From a virus (Duplodnaviria > Caudoviricetes): a stretch of 64,000 nucleotides of DNA. The translations under genes were made by a program, and so were the position numbers. Shown piece by piece: positions 17,564 to 28,553 of the stretch. The first letter of the stretch is position 1. Every line of letters begins with the position of its first letter. The stretch spans positions 14,751-78,750 of the IMG/VR virus record IMGVR_UViG_3300044678_002325. The stretch is one strand, 5' to 3'. The notes under the pieces were generated by a model. That model did not search any database. It worked only from the letters and a program-made list of their open reading frames with translations, and had not been told where the DNA came from.

Positions 17564-19033
17564 CTAATATCTGTAAGTGTTTTTTGATGACAATGTCCTC
17601 TCTAATAATTGTTTTTTTTTTAATTTCATCAAATTCTCACTAATAATATTTTTTAGTAATCTATCTCTTGATTCTTGTTGTACTCTTCCAGCATCAGCGT
17701 CACTTTTTTTACGTAATCCATATTGAGTTAAGGCAGCTCCCTTCATATATTCATCAGAATATTTAATCTTATATGCGGCTCTTGTTGATGTTGGTGCCAT
17801 CATCTGATTAATCTTATCTTTTAATTTAGGATATCTTCCCTTGAATGTAGTTAAACAAGCTTCAACTCTTCTTTTTTCCTCAAGACTTGGGGCTGTTTTT
17901 TGTTCATTACTAACCATATCCGTATAATAATCTTCAATGTATTTACGACAATTATCTTGAGTCAATGTACCTGCCCTATCACCTGCTCTGCTTATATTTA
18001 CTTTTCTTGCAATTATATAACCTTTTGGAAATAATTGAGGATATTGGTCTTTATAGGTAATAAGGTCACCACTATAATATCTAGCATCACTTAAATCAAC
18101 TTTTTCTAATTCACCACCTCTTTGTTCAGCGGGTGAAAAATCATCAAGTGGTTTCCATCCACCCCCATCTGGGGTAATTAAATAATCAACAAGTTTTTTT
18201 GCGTTTGTACTAAGATTTTTTGTACCTTTAGGTCGATATATTAAAAATGGAGATGTAAAATTTGTTGCGTAACCTTCATAACCTGCCAATACACCAGTAT
18301 ATGATTCGGGTTTTTGTAAATCAACTCGTTCATATTGACTTAAATCTACACCTTCTATTTCACTTGGTTCTAAATACGCATTATCTTTTGCTCTTTTTAA
18401 GACGATTTGAGCTTCCTGACCCAAATCTCTTCTACCTTGTTCCATTCCACTTGCAGTCCCTCTAGGTTTATAAAGCCAAAAAGTTTTTAATTGAGGCTTG
18501 TTTATAATGTCAAGTAATAATTGATTATTACCAATTAATCCTAGTACATCTTTATCAGTTGCAGGATTTACTAATTGGTAGTTAAACATCTCTTTTGCTG
18601 AAACTTCACTCCACTCCTTATAACGCCTATCTTTTAGATAATCAATGATTTTTTGTTCATCAGGACTTTTTACTGTGTCTGTTGTTGATTTAATTTCATT
18701 ACATAATGTTGCTTCAACAAATTCTTTTTCAACACCATTACCATCACGATAACTTACCCTAAATGAGTTTCCATCTTGGTTAGGGACAATATACATATGT
18801 GGGTACTGACTTAAATTAGGATTAGCCGATTGTTTATAAAATGCCTCACCAAATGAATGTGGATATTCTTTTCTAATTTGTGGAATTTGGTCTTTAGTTG
18901 GAGTAAATCCCTTATAGCATCCATTATTGAGTGCTAACTGAAAAAGTTTATTTTCATAATTACCAATACCTACAACATTAGTACCTGTTAGCGGATCTTC
19001 ATATAATAGTCTCCTTAATCTTGTATTTTTCAT
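17564..19033 (-). CDS. hypothetical protein (possibly virion-associated)
   Basis: 489 aa; N-terminus ends LLYE; TATTTATA upstream. Confidence 0.8.
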   Translation of the reverse strand: MKNTRLRRLLYEDPLTGTNVVGIGNYENKLFQLALNNGCYKGFTPTKDQIPQIRKEYPHSFGEAFYKQSANPNLSQYPHMYIVPNQDGNSFRVSYRDGNGVEKEFVEATLCNEIKSTTDTVKSPDEQKIIDYLKDRRYKEWSEVSAKEMFNYQLVNPATDKDVLGLIGNNQLLLDIINKPQLKTFWLYKPRGTASGMEQGRRDLGQEAQIVLKRAKDNAYLEPSEIEGVDLSQYERVDLQKPESYTGVLAGYEGYATNFTSPFLIYRPKGTKNLSTNAKKLVDYLITPDGGGWKPLDDFSPAEQRGGELEKVDLSDARYYSGDLITYKDQYPQLFPKGYIIARKVNISRAGDRAGTLTQDNCRKYIEDYYTDMVSNEQKTAPSLEEKRRVEACLTTFKGRYPKLKDKINQMMAPTSTRAAYKIKYSDEYMKGAALTQYGLRKKSDADAGRVQQESRDRLLKNIISENLMKLKKKQLLERTLSSKNTYRY

Positions 19034-19066
19034 AGTAAAATTTTTTTTATTATAAATATATTGAAG

Positions 19067-19315
19067 TTATAAAAGAGTATTCGCTTTACCTCTAGTAACT
19101 TTAACAATATCTTTCCATTTAGTTAATCCAATTTGATTTGCTGGCCCTCTAGTTGCTCCCGACTCCCATTTTGTTACTGTAGGATAAGCAGGTTTAGACC
19201 CCCCACCACTAGTTGCGGCCGCGGCATCTTGTTCATCAAGTTCACCATCAATATCTTTTTTGGGTGTATATCTTTTCATCAAGTATATTATTTCATCAAT
19301 TTGAAAATTTTCCAT
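19067..19315 (-). CDS. hypothetical protein
   Basis: 82 aa; KWESGATRGPANQI motif. Confidence 0.75.
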   Translation of the reverse strand: MENFQIDEIIYLMKRYTPKKDIDGELDEQDAAAATSGGGSKPAYPTVTKWESGATRGPANQIGLTKWKDIVKVTRGKANTLL

Positions 19316-19608
19316 TATAAAAATTCTGGTTTTGGTAATTTATCTGTGAATAAAACATAATATTCATTAAGAAATGATAATATTTCATTTTCATCAATAA
19401 ATAAATCATCATCAATATCCTCATAGTCATCACTTGAATTAAATTCATCTATATCCGTATGAAAATTATATCCAAAATCATCAATGTCAATAAATGGGAT
19501 TTCAGCTTCCCTACACTCTTCTTCACTATCTAAATTAGTTCTAAATGTAACTTCTAAAACTTCTTCTAGTCTATTAATATGGAATGTTATTATTTCTATG
19601 ACTTCCAT
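19315..19608 (-). CDS. hypothetical acidic protein
   Basis: 97 aa ORF in operon. Confidence 0.75.
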   Translation of the reverse strand: MEVIEIITFHINRLEEVLEVTFRTNLDSEEECREAEIPFIDIDDFGYNFHTDIDEFNSSDDYEDIDDDLFIDENEILSFLNEYYVLFTDKLPKPEFL

Positions 19609-19610
19609 TT

Positions 19611-20027
19611 TTAATATTTTTTAAATCGTTTAAACATATCCAAAGTTTTATTAACTTGTTCTTGTAAAGGTTCTACCATATCCTCATCAATATCCTCATT
19701 ATCCAAATAACTATCCTCTTCAAAATATTCATCCTCTTCGTCTATTTCCATAAAAGGTTCATCCATTGTTCCATGTTCTTCAGAGAATAACCCAGTATCC
19801 ATATCATCATACCTCATTTCATTTATTCTCATATTGGTGTATGATTTAACTTCACCTTTATTATTAACAGTTATTCCACCTTTATCATTTGCATAATCTT
19901 GGACATAAAGTGGTTGTTGATTTATTTTTTGTCCATATGTTGTTACAAATCCATCATAGACTTGTCTGTGTTGGTCAAGAATGTCATTCCTTTCCGCTTT
20001 GTTCATTTTAAAAAAATATGCGTTCAT
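19611..20027 (-). CDS. hypothetical protein
   Basis: Start at MNAYFF after TATTTATA. Confidence 0.75.
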   Translation of the reverse strand: MNAYFFKMNKAERNDILDQHRQVYDGFVTTYGQKINQQPLYVQDYANDKGGITVNNKGEVKSYTNMRINEMRYDDMDTGLFSEEHGTMDEPFMEIDEEDEYFEEDSYLDNEDIDEDMVEPLQEQVNKTLDMFKRFKKY

Positions 20028-20075
20028 GTTCTTTTTATTTATAAATATTATGTATTTATTTAAATATTTATTGAT

Positions 20076-20702
20076 ATGAGAATTATAATTACAGAAAGTC
20101 AAAAAAGAATGATATTACTTGAAAACATTGGTGAAGACCTTGGAAGTATTATCAAACAAAATGCTGAAAGAGTAAAAAAATTGATTTCAGAAGTTCAAAC
20201 TCAAATTGGAATGAATCTTCAATTTCTTTTAACTTGGGGGGCAGGTATTGGTGGATTTATGGGTCCTGTTGAAGATTTTGTGAGAGGTAGATTCCCAGAA
20301 TTAACCGATTTACAAGTATTTCTTATTATTCTTGGTGTCACATCAACACATTTAATTGAAAATAAAGAACTTAACAATAAAATATTAGATAAAATAAAAG
20401 AAGGCGGAATTTTAAAACAATTTAAAGTAACCTCAAAAAAAACAAGTGAATTAAAATCAGTTTTTTCTGATTTTGTTGAAAGTTTGGGTGTCACATTCCA
20501 TAGAATAACAAATATGTTGAGTTATACCTTTATAATACCAATCATCCCAATGATATATCAAATGGTAACTGATGGATTAGTGACAAATAGTGATTTAAAA
20601 AGTTTGGCGACAAGAGTTATTGCTTTTACTGGTTTAACTATATCAGGTATTCTTTTCAAAGATTTAATTACAAAAATGGTTAGAAGATTTAAGGGTAAAT
20701 AA
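20076..20702 (+). CDS. leader-family protein (type B) with hydrophobic segments
   Basis: MRIIITESQ...LLE leader. Confidence 0.8.
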   Translation: MRIIITESQKRMILLENIGEDLGSIIKQNAERVKKLISEVQTQIGMNLQFLLTWGAGIGGFMGPVEDFVRGRFPELTDLQVFLIILGVTSTHLIENKELNNKILDKIKEGGILKQFKVTSKKTSELKSVFSDFVESLGVTFHRITNMLSYTFIIPIIPMIYQMVTDGLVTNSDLKSLATRVIAFTGLTISGILFKDLITKMVRRFKGK

Positions 20703-20756
20703 TTGAATTTCTTAAATTATTAATTTATGTTTTGATTAAACAAATATAAATTACAT

Positions 20757-21782
20757 ATGCAGAAATTTGATTTTAAAGACATCACCTTAGTTCCTGAAAC
20801 AATTACAAATATTGACTCAAGAAGTGAAATTAACATTTTAACAGAAAACTTTACCCTACCCATTATAGTAAGTCCAATGGATACTGTGGTAGATAATTCA
20901 AATTATAAAAAGTTTTTAAGTAACAATTTAGAAGTTTGTTTACCAAGAGGGGAATATTCAAGTGATAATAATGTTTTTACATCAATATCATTATATGATT
21001 TTGAACTAATGGTGTTAAAACATCAGAAATTTGAGAAAGTACCAATATATCAAAAAATTCTTGTTGATATTGCAAATGGTCATATGTCAAAATTATATGA
21101 CTTGTGTAAATACTTCATTGAACATATCAAAACAGACCAAGAATTAATGATTGGTAATATTGCCAATCCAACAACATATGATAAATTTGCTGAACTTGGT
21201 GTTGATTATATCCGTGTTGGTATTGGTGGCGGTTCAGGATGTCTAACATCAGCGAATACTGGTGTTCATTACCCTATGGCGTCCCTTATTTCAGAATGTT
21301 ATCAAATTAAAAAGAAAAGAGGTTATAAAACCAATATTGTTGCTGATGGTGGATTTAGAAATTATGACGATATAATTAAAGCATTAGCCCTTGGTGCTGA
21401 TTATATTATGTTAGGTGGAGTATTAAACAAATGTCTTGAATCTTGTGCTCCGGTTTATTTCAATAAATGGATTAAATTAAATGATTCAACATTAACTTAT
21501 ATTTGGAATAACTTACCATACCTTAGAAAATATATGTATAAAAAATTTAGAGGTATGAGTACAAAAGAAGTACAAAAAAAATGGGGTAGAGATAAACTAA
21601 TAACATCCGAAGGTATATCAAAATATAATAAAGTTGAATATACTTTGGATAAATGGCTTGAGAATCTACAAGATTATCTTAAATCTGCAATGTCATATAC
21701 TAACTCAAGAAATTTAGAAGAATTTAAAGACACTGAATATATATTTATTACGGAGAATGCCTTAAAAAGGTATTATAAATAA
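20757..21782 (+). CDS. guaC: GMP reductase / IMPDH-family protein
   Basis: SPMDTV, DIANGH, VGIGGGSGCLT, ADGG, FRGMST motifs. Confidence 0.85.
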   Translation: MQKFDFKDITLVPETITNIDSRSEINILTENFTLPIIVSPMDTVVDNSNYKKFLSNNLEVCLPRGEYSSDNNVFTSISLYDFELMVLKHQKFEKVPIYQKILVDIANGHMSKLYDLCKYFIEHIKTDQELMIGNIANPTTYDKFAELGVDYIRVGIGGGSGCLTSANTGVHYPMASLISECYQIKKKRGYKTNIVADGGFRNYDDIIKALALGADYIMLGGVLNKCLESCAPVYFNKWIKLNDSTLTYIWNNLPYLRKYMYKKFRGMSTKEVQKKWGRDKLITSEGISKYNKVEYTLDKWLENLQDYLKSAMSYTNSRNLEEFKDTEYIFITENALKRYYK

Positions 21783-21783
21783 T

Positions 21784-22608
21784 ATGAATAAGAAAACCTT
21801 AATTAAAATTGTTGAAGATGTAGACTATTTTGACAATTACGATTCCCCTCAAGAAATTTATATAAATTTAAATGACTATGTTGATCAGAATCTTTTAGAT
21901 GTTATGAATGGTAAAGACGTAATGTTATTTTGTTTTTTAACTTATGAACAAAGATTTTCAGTCGATTTATCTAAATTATATGACTTTATTAGTAATAACT
22001 ACTCTAGATTTACTATTGGAGAAATTTTAAGTTTTAATCCAAATAAAGAATGTTATGAATGTTATGGTGGTGGTAATGTAGGTTGTATAAAATGTCATGG
22101 CGATGGAGAAGTAGATTGTTCTGAGTGTGGTGGTGATGGTAGAGTAGAATGTGATGTCTGTGATGGTGATGGTGTTGATAGTGATGGGGACGATTGTTAT
22201 GATTGTGAAGGTGTCGGGGAAGTAAAATGTAGTAATTGTTATGGACGAGGTAGTGAAACTTGTTCTGATTGTGGAGGTGATGGTGATTTAGAATGTGAAA
22301 TATGTGATGGTAAGGGAGAGATTAAAGCTATTAATGAAACTTTGGTTAAAATGACTAGATATCTATCTTACGATATTAATTTTACTAAAAAATTTGAAAA
22401 TATGGTGCCAGATGATGTTATTTCCCCAGAATTTTATAACCGATTGATGAGTAGAAAAAAGTTTTTAGTAATTCAAGATTCTGATTATCTTTCTGAGGAC
22501 TATGACCATCCAAATTATAAAGAAATGGAAGAAGGTGATGTATTTTTAGTTCAAGAAAAAAGTAAACCTGAATTAAAACATAGTTTTGGTAAAATTAGTG
22601 CATATTAA
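21784..22608 (+). CDS. protein with DnaJ-type CxxCxGxG zinc-finger repeats
   Basis: Eight CxxCxGxG repeats; no HPD J-domain. Confidence 0.8.
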   Translation: MNKKTLIKIVEDVDYFDNYDSPQEIYINLNDYVDQNLLDVMNGKDVMLFCFLTYEQRFSVDLSKLYDFISNNYSRFTIGEILSFNPNKECYECYGGGNVGCIKCHGDGEVDCSECGGDGRVECDVCDGDGVDSDGDDCYDCEGVGEVKCSNCYGRGSETCSDCGGDGDLECEICDGKGEIKAINETLVKMTRYLSYDINFTKKFENMVPDDVISPEFYNRLMSRKKFLVIQDSDYLSEDYDHPNYKEMEEGDVFLVQEKSKPELKHSFGKISAY

Positions 22609-22864
22609 TTTTGACTTTCAAATTACTATTTCCTTTAATAACACGATGATAAACACCCTCTGGGATAAAATATTTTTCCCCAACAATTAATTTGATGGGG
22701 AGTTCATTATCCATTTGTAAATACCAATTATCACTTTCTAAGATTTCAACAAGTCTATTTTCTCTATCTCTATGCCATTTTAATTCTTCATCATCAACAT
22801 TTTCATCAAATGTTCTGATTCTAATGTCATCAATTATTTCTTGTTGAAAGGGTAAATTTTTCAT
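22595..22864 (-). CDS. cupin-fold protein
   Basis: WHRDRE...IPEGVYHRVIKG. Confidence 0.7.
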   Translation of the reverse strand: MKNLPFQQEIIDDIRIRTFDENVDDEELKWHRDRENRLVEILESDNWYLQMDNELPIKLIVGEKYFIPEGVYHRVIKGNSNLKVKINMH

Positions 22865-23490
22865 TACCAATTAGCACTAGATTTTAATCCCAATTTTTTG
22901 GCATGCCTCCCAACATTGCAACTCCAATACCCGGCCATTGTTCTGTCTTTCTTTTGGGCACAATTATGTCTTGCTCTAAATGATTTTGCAGCTTTTGGAT
23001 TTCTATTTCTCACTTTAAGATTAGGATCACCAAATGTTACTTTTTTAATTGTCCCTTTTGGTGTTTTTACATAAACAGCAAATTTTTTAGGACTTCCTGG
23101 TGTTCTAAATGGGGAGTTTAATTTAACATTCTTTCCACGATGTTTTGCTTCAAATAATAACTCCTCAACTTCTTCTTCAAACATTGGAGCATCCAACCAA
23201 ACCTCATCACCATTCTCTAATAATACCTTTTTACCCAAGTCAGATTCAACCAACCAAATATCATCTTCGTTTAATCTAATACTACCTTGATAGTATAAAT
23301 TTCTAACTTCATTGATTAATTTAAAATACTTGTCAGAATATATTCTAAAGATATTTTCATTTAATGATATTCTGTTTTCCAAGTGATATTTTAAATCTTC
23401 AGATATCATACAAGGTTCTGTTAATCTCATTGGGGGGTCAAGAGATTCTCTCAAAACTTTTTTTATTAAATTGTCTAAACTATTTCTCAT
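22864..23490 (-). CDS. hypothetical phage protein with basic C-terminal domain
   Basis: KKFAVYVK...KKVTFGDP...SFRARHNC...AGYWSC. Confidence 0.8.
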   Translation of the reverse strand: MRNSLDNLIKKVLRESLDPPMRLTEPCMISEDLKYHLENRISLNENIFRIYSDKYFKLINEVRNLYYQGSIRLNEDDIWLVESDLGKKVLLENGDEVWLDAPMFEEEVEELLFEAKHRGKNVKLNSPFRTPGSPKKFAVYVKTPKGTIKKVTFGDPNLKVRNRNPKAAKSFRARHNCAQKKDRTMAGYWSCNVGRHAKKLGLKSSANW

Positions 23491-23562
23491 AATTTGTTTT
23501 TTTAGATAAATATTCTTACTTTTATAATCATATATTAACTATCAAACAATTAAATAACTATT

Positions 23563-23766
23563 ATGAAATTTTATCATTTTTTTTACGCTATTATACAAAT
23601 ATATATTATTGTAAAAGTTTCTTATCTACTTTTTATGACTTCTTATAATCCTGAAGCATATCCATTATCAATGTTGAATTGGTGGATATATTTCCTAATT
23701 TTTGATATTTGGATGAATACCATATTAAGAAATGAAAAACCTTTAAAAAAAGATGATAACAATTAA
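23563..23766 (+). CDS. small membrane protein
   Basis: Two hydrophobic segments. Confidence 0.55.
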   Translation: MKFYHFFYAIIQIYIIVKVSYLLFMTSYNPEAYPLSMLNWWIYFLIFDIWMNTILRNEKPLKKDDNN

Positions 23767-23807
23767 ACAACATAATATTTTTTGATATATTTATAAAGAA
23801 AAAATTT

Positions 23808-24335
23808 ATGAGAAAATATATCATTAAAGAATCTGATATCAGAAAAGTTTTAAGACAAACAATCAAAGAAGAAATGGGGATGGAACAAAAGGAAGAAAAA
23901 CAAGCTCCTCGTTGTGTTCCTGAGAATGTTATTCCATTGGATGAAATCGTTGGTAGTGCCGATGAATATGTTGACTATGCAAAAGGTGTTAATAAAAGAA
24001 AACTTGGTGTAAATTCAATGGTTGATACTTTGGGTATTCTTAATAATATAAGATTATTCAAAGATGTTAAAGATGGTGGTGCTCACTTAGCTTACAATAT
24101 GATGCACCATTTAAATAAATTCAGAAATAAGAATTATTACGATGAAACTTCAGGTCGATGTAATAAAGCAATGGATAAAATCATTGAGCTTTATAAAGAA
24201 AATGAACATGGGACTGAACTTGTTAAAGATATTGAAAGAGTATTAAATCTTCAAACAAAAGATGATGAATATACGCCTTCACCAAGAGCTAAAGAATATC
24301 TAAAAAGATGTTTAGCTTTGGCTAAAGGAGAATAA
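23808..24335 (+). CDS. leader-family protein
   Basis: MRKYIIKESDIRKVLRQTIKEE; TATTTATA upstream. Confidence 0.8.
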   Translation: MRKYIIKESDIRKVLRQTIKEEMGMEQKEEKQAPRCVPENVIPLDEIVGSADEYVDYAKGVNKRKLGVNSMVDTLGILNNIRLFKDVKDGGAHLAYNMMHHLNKFRNKNYYDETSGRCNKAMDKIIELYKENEHGTELVKDIERVLNLQTKDDEYTPSPRAKEYLKRCLALAKGE

Positions 24336-24443
24336 TCTAACCTCTTAGGAGGACTTTTAGGACCGTTTGCTGTTATGGTAACAAAGAAAGAGGACATCGC
24401 TACGTCCTCTTTTTCTCTTTATACTATTTATAGTAAAAAGAAT

Positions 24444-24740
24444 ATGAAAAAGAAATTATTTTTTGGGTGGGAGAATACTAAATGGTTTATTAGAGAAATA
24501 GGTAAAATTTATTCCTCAAAAAAATCAATATTTTCCAAAAAAAGAATTGAATCTGGTATTGCATTCATAGTTGCACAATGGGGAATGATTTTTTTCCTAC
24601 TTGAAAAACATTCAACATTAACTATGACTGATTTAATTATGTGGGCTGGAGTTGAATTCGCAATCTCAGGTTATATAATTCACCAAATTCAAAAAGAAAA
24701 GAAAACTGAAGAACAAAAAGAAGAAACCCCCAACGTTTAA
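24444..24740 (+). CDS. two-TM membrane protein (holin-like)
   Basis: FSKKRIESG followed by two TM helices. Confidence 0.65.
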   Translation: MKKKLFFGWENTKWFIREIGKIYSSKKSIFSKKRIESGIAFIVAQWGMIFFLLEKHSTLTMTDLIMWAGVEFAISGYIIHQIQKEKKTEEQKEETPNV

Positions 24741-24755
24741 TTGGGGGCTTTTTAT

Positions 24756-26615
24756 TTACTTTACTTCTTCAAATTCTACATCTGAACCTGTAAATCCATC
24801 AGTATTTTCGGTTTGACCTACATTACTATAAAGTTCTTGTGTAACTTTTTGCATAGTTGAGTTAACATTATCAAGAGCTTCATTAATTTTATCCATTTCA
24901 CCAGTATTTTTAGCCTCTTTTAGTACTTCCAAACCTTTTTTAATCTCTTCCTTGTGTTCATCACTGATTTTTTCATCCAAATCTTTCATTGTTTTCTCAA
25001 TATTAAAGATTGTACTATCAGCTTCATTGATTTTCTCAACTTTTTCTTTCGCTAATCTATCACTTTCAGCGTTTTCTTCAGCTTCTCTCTTCATTCTATC
25101 AATTTCTTCTTGTGAAAGTCCAGATGATGACTCAATTCTAATGGTTTGTTTCTTATTTGTACCCTTATCTAGAGCAGAAACATTAATAATACCATTTGAG
25201 TCAATGTCAAAGGTTACTTCAATCTGAGGAATACCCCTCATTGATGGTGGAATACCATCCAAATGGAATTTACCAATAGTTTTGTTGTCTTTTGCCATTG
25301 ACCTTTCACCTTGTAATACGTGAATTTCTACAGATGGTTGATTATCTACGGCTGTAGAGAAAATTTGAGACTTTTTAGTTGGAATTGTTGTATTTGCTTC
25401 AATTAATTTGGTCATAATACCCCCCATTGTCTCAATTCCTAATGAAAGTGGGGTCACATCCAATAAAAGTACATCTTTTACGTCTCCAGCTAACACACCA
25501 CCTTGAATTGCAGCACCTAGAGCAACAACTTCGTCAGGATTTACACCTTTTGATGGTTCTTTTCCAAAGAATTTCTTAACCGCCTCTTGAATTGCTGGAA
25601 TTCTTGTGGATCCCCCAACCAAAATGATTTCATCAATGTCATTTACAGATAATCCAGCGTTTTTAAGGGCTGATTTACAAGGATTTATTGTTCTTTCAAC
25701 CAATTTGTCAATAATCTGTTCAAATTTAGCTCTTGTAAGTGTTTTTACAAGGTGTTTTGGCTGATTATCAATAACCATAAAGTATGGTAGGTTAATTTCA
25801 GTATTTAGAGCCGATGAAAGTTCAACTTTTGCCTTTTCTGCGGCTTCTCTAAGTCTTTGTAATGACATTGAATCATCAACCCAACCTCCATTCTCATTTT
25901 TAAACTCAGTTGTTAACCAATCCACAATTGCTTGGTCAAAATCATCACCTCCAAGGTGAGTATCACCATCAGTTGACAATACTTCGAACACACCACCACC
26001 CAATTCAAGGATAGAAACGTCATGAGTACCACCACCACAGTCAAAAACTACGATTTTTGAGTCTTTGTTCTTCTTATCTAGACCATAAGCCAATGCTGCG
26101 GCCGTTGGTTCATTGATAATACGTCTCACATTCAACCCAGCAATCTCCCCAGCTTCCTTTGTTGCTTGTCTTTGAGCATCATTGAAGTATGCTGGTACTG
26201 TAATCACGGCTTCAGTTACTGATTGACCCAAATAATCCTCAGCAGTTTGTCTCATTTTCTGTAATACCATAGCAGAAATTTCTTGTGGGGAATATTCCTT
26301 ACCATCAATTTTCACTTTAGGTGTGTTATTTTTCCCTTTTACGACATTATATGGTACTCTCTTAACCTCAGACTTGATTTCGTCATAATTTGAGCCCATA
26401 AATCGTTTAATTGAATAAACTGTCTTGTCTGGATTTGTTACAGATTGTCTTTTAGCGGGGTCTCCAATCTTTCTTTCCCCTCCATCAATAAATCCAACAA
26501 TTGATGGGGTAGTTCTTTTACCTTCCGAATTGGTGATAATTACTGGTTCACCATTTTCCATAATTGCAACGCACGAATTTGTCGTACCTAAGTCAATTCC
26601 TAAAATTTTGCTCAT
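24756..26615 (-). CDS. dnaK: molecular chaperone DnaK (Hsp70)
   Basis: [32 protein letters not shown] motifs. Confidence 0.98.
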   Translation of the reverse strand: MSKILGIDLGTTNSCVAIMENGEPVIITNSEGKRTTPSIVGFIDGGERKIGDPAKRQSVTNPDKTVYSIKRFMGSNYDEIKSEVKRVPYNVVKGKNNTPKVKIDGKEYSPQEISAMVLQKMRQTAEDYLGQSVTEAVITVPAYFNDAQRQATKEAGEIAGLNVRRIINEPTAAALAYGLDKKNKDSKIVVFDCGGGTHDVSILELGGGVFEVLSTDGDTHLGGDDFDQAIVDWLTTEFKNENGGWVDDSMSLQRLREAAEKAKVELSSALNTEINLPYFMVIDNQPKHLVKTLTRAKFEQIIDKLVERTINPCKSALKNAGLSVNDIDEIILVGGSTRIPAIQEAVKKFFGKEPSKGVNPDEVVALGAAIQGGVLAGDVKDVLLLDVTPLSLGIETMGGIMTKLIEANTTIPTKKSQIFSTAVDNQPSVEIHVLQGERSMAKDNKTIGKFHLDGIPPSMRGIPQIEVTFDIDSNGIINVSALDKGTNKKQTIRIESSSGLSQEEIDRMKREAEENAESDRLAKEKVEKINEADSTIFNIEKTMKDLDEKISDEHKEEIKKGLEVLKEAKNTGEMDKINEALDNVNSTMQKVTQELYSNVGQTENTDGFTGSDVEFEEVK

Positions 26616-26714
26616 AATTTTTCTGTTTTTGTTTAATTATATGTTTTATTTTTTATGGAGTCAATCCAAAATTTATATTTCAATGTATAAAAACTAGACC
26701 ATAATGAAAACAAC

Positions 26715-26727
26715 TGACAATTTGTCA
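26715..26727. promoter_or_regulatory. TGACA-N3-TGTCA palindrome upstream of dnaK
   Basis: TGACAATTTGTCA; same motif repeated in 49.7-51.0 kb. Confidence 0.5.
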
Positions 26728-26810
26728 GTTTTTATGACAAATTAAATTTTTTTTATCAAATTATTGTTTTTTTGAAAACTTTATAGTATTTATTCCTAAA
26801 ATAAAAATCA

Positions 26811-26882
26811 ATGGGTACTAATCTAATCAACATAAATCGCGTTTTATCTTACTAATCCTCCTATTATTAGGGGGATTTTTTT
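26811..26882 (+). promoter_or_regulatory. short uORF (MGTNLININRVLSY*) overlapping a terminator hairpin
   Basis: ORF 26811-26855; AATCCTCCTA/TAGGGGGATT plus U tract. Confidence 0.45.
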
Positions 26883-26919
26883 ATTATATAAATTAACACA
26901 TAAAAACAAATTTTAAAAA

Positions 26920-27753
26920 ATGAAAAACACAAAAATTTACAATGAATTGGTTCAAAAGATGAGAACTTTCTTCCAAGCTAAAGGTTTCTTGGAAGTTCCA
27001 GTACAATCTAGATTATCAATCTTAGCAGCATGTGAAAATCCACATAGCATCACAACATTTGAATATTCTGGAGAAGTTTGGCCTCTACCTCAGACAGGTC
27101 AAATGTGGTTGGAATATGAATTATTACAAAATCCTGGATATCCTGGTGTATATTGTATCTCAACATCATACAGACAAGAAAAAACACCAATACCTGGAAG
27201 ACATGACTTAATTTTCCCTATGTTTGAAGTTGAAACTAAAGGTACAAAAGAAGATATGGTTAAACTTCAAGCTGAAATGTTGGAATATCTTGGTTTTGAT
27301 ACACCAAAAGTTGTTGATTATAACCAACTATGTGAACATTATGGTACAGAAATCCTTGAAGCGGAACACGAAACAAAAATGTGGGATGAAATCGGTGATT
27401 CAATCTCTCTTCAAAACTTCCCATTAAGAACAAACCCATTTTGGAATATGCAAAAGGGTGAAGGTGATAAGTTTCAAAAGGTTGACGTTATTCTTTTTGG
27501 TCAAGAAACTATTGGTTCGGCTGAAAGAAGTTGTGATAAAGAAAGTATGAAAGAAATGTTCTACACAATTGAAGGTGGAAACTACGCTGGAAAACTTTTT
27601 GAATTATTTGGTAAGGAAAGAGTAGAAAAAGATTTGGAAGATTTCTTATCTTTGGACTTCTTCCCAAGATTTGGTTGGGGTTGTGGTATGACCAGATTGG
27701 CAAGAGCGTATGAACTTAATCTTCAAAAAAAACTTAGTCTAGACATCGCTTAA
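26920..27753 (+). CDS. class II aaRS catalytic-core protein (AsnRS-like; possible asparagine synthetase)
   Basis: GFLEV, LPQTGQ, SYRQE..RH..F.MFE, GSAER, FGWGCG..R motifs; no anticodon-binding domain. Confidence 0.8.
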   Translation: MKNTKIYNELVQKMRTFFQAKGFLEVPVQSRLSILAACENPHSITTFEYSGEVWPLPQTGQMWLEYELLQNPGYPGVYCISTSYRQEKTPIPGRHDLIFPMFEVETKGTKEDMVKLQAEMLEYLGFDTPKVVDYNQLCEHYGTEILEAEHETKMWDEIGDSISLQNFPLRTNPFWNMQKGEGDKFQKVDVILFGQETIGSAERSCDKESMKEMFYTIEGGNYAGKLFELFGKERVEKDLEDFLSLDFFPRFGWGCGMTRLARAYELNLQKKLSLDIA

Positions 27754-27755
27754 TT

Positions 27756-27941
27756 ATGACAAAAAAACAAAATCCTGAAACCATTAATACTGGGACTACT
27801 AAATACGAGGTTGTTGTTGATGGGGATGATATCATTCAAATATGGAAATATGACAAAAGAATCAGTAAAACACCATATGAAATAGAAAATATCTATAAAG
27901 GAGAACCAAAGTTTAGTAAATTAAAAAAGGGGTCGAAATAG
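27756..27941 (+). CDS. hypothetical protein
   Basis: 61 aa ORF. Confidence 0.6.
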   Translation: MTKKQNPETINTGTTKYEVVVDGDDIIQIWKYDKRISKTPYEIENIYKGEPKFSKLKKGSK

Positions 27942-27952
27942 ACCCCTTTTTT

Positions 27953-28450
27953 TTATTCTTGTTCACCTTCTTTATATTTTTCGTCATTAAATTCTTTTAA
28001 ATTATTCTTTATATTCTTACCAAAATTAACTAAATCTAAAACGTGACGTATAAGTCCTTTCCCAAACATTACTTTCCAATTCTCATCAATTGATTTCATT
28101 TCAGCATAAATTAGACCCAAACTTATTATCTTGGTTGATAGATGTTGTATAGGTATTACATATTTAACAAATTCATCTAGTAAAAAAACATCCAACATAA
28201 AAAACAACAATATCAGTGAGGTATACCCAATTAATTTTGGAACAAACCCTCTCACAAAAGCTCTTGAAGTCCATCTAATTTTAACCCCCTCTCTACGTTG
28301 TTTAATTATCCTACAATAAGCTGTAATGATATCAAGTAATACAAATCCCAAGACAACCAATAATATTCCAGCAGAAGGGGCAAAAAACGTCAAAATCGAT
28401 AACCAAAATCCAAATAACCCCTCTTTGACAGTTTCAAATAAATGCTTCAT
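27953..28450 (-). CDS. phage holin (holin_4-like)
   Basis: Three TM segments, D..T and E..SI.EN motifs; adjacent to endolysin. Confidence 0.75.
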   Translation of the reverse strand: MKHLFETVKEGLFGFWLSILTFFAPSAGILLVVLGFVLLDIITAYCRIIKQRREGVKIRWTSRAFVRGFVPKLIGYTSLILLFFMLDVFLLDEFVKYVIPIQHLSTKIISLGLIYAEMKSIDENWKVMFGKGLIRHVLDLVNFGKNIKNNLKEFNDEKYKEGEQE

Positions 28451-28553
28451 ATATATTTTTTCTTTTAAAAGTAAATAGTTTTTATTAAATTTAATAATTA
28501 TAAATATCTAAATTCGAATAAAAGTTGGTATTTATATAAAAAACTATTATACT

